This document shows positions 63,501-64,000 of a DNA stretch of 64,000 bases, one piece after another. A program made the position numbers and the translations under genes. How positions within the stretch are numbered: position 1 is the stretch's first letter; each line of letters starts with the position of its first letter. A model generated the notes under the pieces. It saw only the letters and a program-made list of their open reading frames with translations, did not search any database and was not told the origin of the DNA. The DNA comes from Mobula hypostoma (lineage: Eukaryota): positions 76,634,001 through 76,698,000 of the forward strand of contig NC_086108.1 in assembly GCF_963921235.1 (NCBI RefSeq). The letters are read 5' to 3'.

Positions 63501-64000
63501 TGTCCCACATCACTTTAATTCATGTATTAAACTTAACATGTTCAACCTTAATATAAAATTCTGAAAAGTTATGATTATGCTTCCCTAAAGGCTCTTTAAT
63601 TACCAGATTATTATTTAATTACTTCTCATTGCACAATACAAGATCCAAGCTACTCTCTTCTCTCAATGGTTTCTTTGTATAAATGGTGAAAACTATCTTT
63701 ATAGAGGCCGTGAATATATCTTCTGTCTTATTACTGCTATTTTGCTTTACCCAGTCAATACACATATAGAACTGCCCATGATTATTGTATCACTCTCGTT
63801 ACATGTGCCTTTGATTTCCTGATTTATATCTTACCCAATATTGCTTTAAGGTCTACAAGCAGTTCCTACAAATACTTTCTGTATCTTGATATAATTTAGC
63901 TGAATCCAAACTCATTCCATTTCTTGCTTTTCTGAGCTAATATCTGTTATTTCCACTGTCTTTATCCTATATTTTCTTAGTGTTATGATCAAATGAAAAA

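Overview
AT-rich, repeat-dense vertebrate genomic DNA (intronic or intergenic). The repeat families (CR1 with (TCTTATGG)n tails, V-SINE/HE1-like SINEs, abundant Penelope pLTRs) suggest a cartilaginous fish, probably a ray; this is an inference from recalled repeat content. No recognisable host protein-coding gene, RNA gene or CRISPR array is present. The ORFs I could identify are transposon remnants and the rest look like chance frames. Content: several CR1 LINEs, Rex1/Babar-like LINEs, a Penelope-like element with RT-thumb and GIY-YIG remnants, many solo or fold-back pLTRs, a Tc1 transposon and a hAT (Charlie/Buster-like) deletion derivative each nested in CR1, a Tigger-like MITE, a decayed Harbinger (HARBI1-like) transposase and two tRNA-derived SINE families. 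The most interesting signal is RNA-level. The Penelope pLTRs carry a minimal type-I hammerhead ribozyme motif (CAGTC-CTGAnGA-A-stem II-GAAACGTC-GACTG). It also occurs as a TSD-flanked head-to-tail 93-nt tandem (retrozyme-like) and as TSD-flanked fold-back palindromes. TE-poor blocks with TF-motif clusters may be enhancers, and a weak chain of + strand splice signals may mark an unrecognised transcript.
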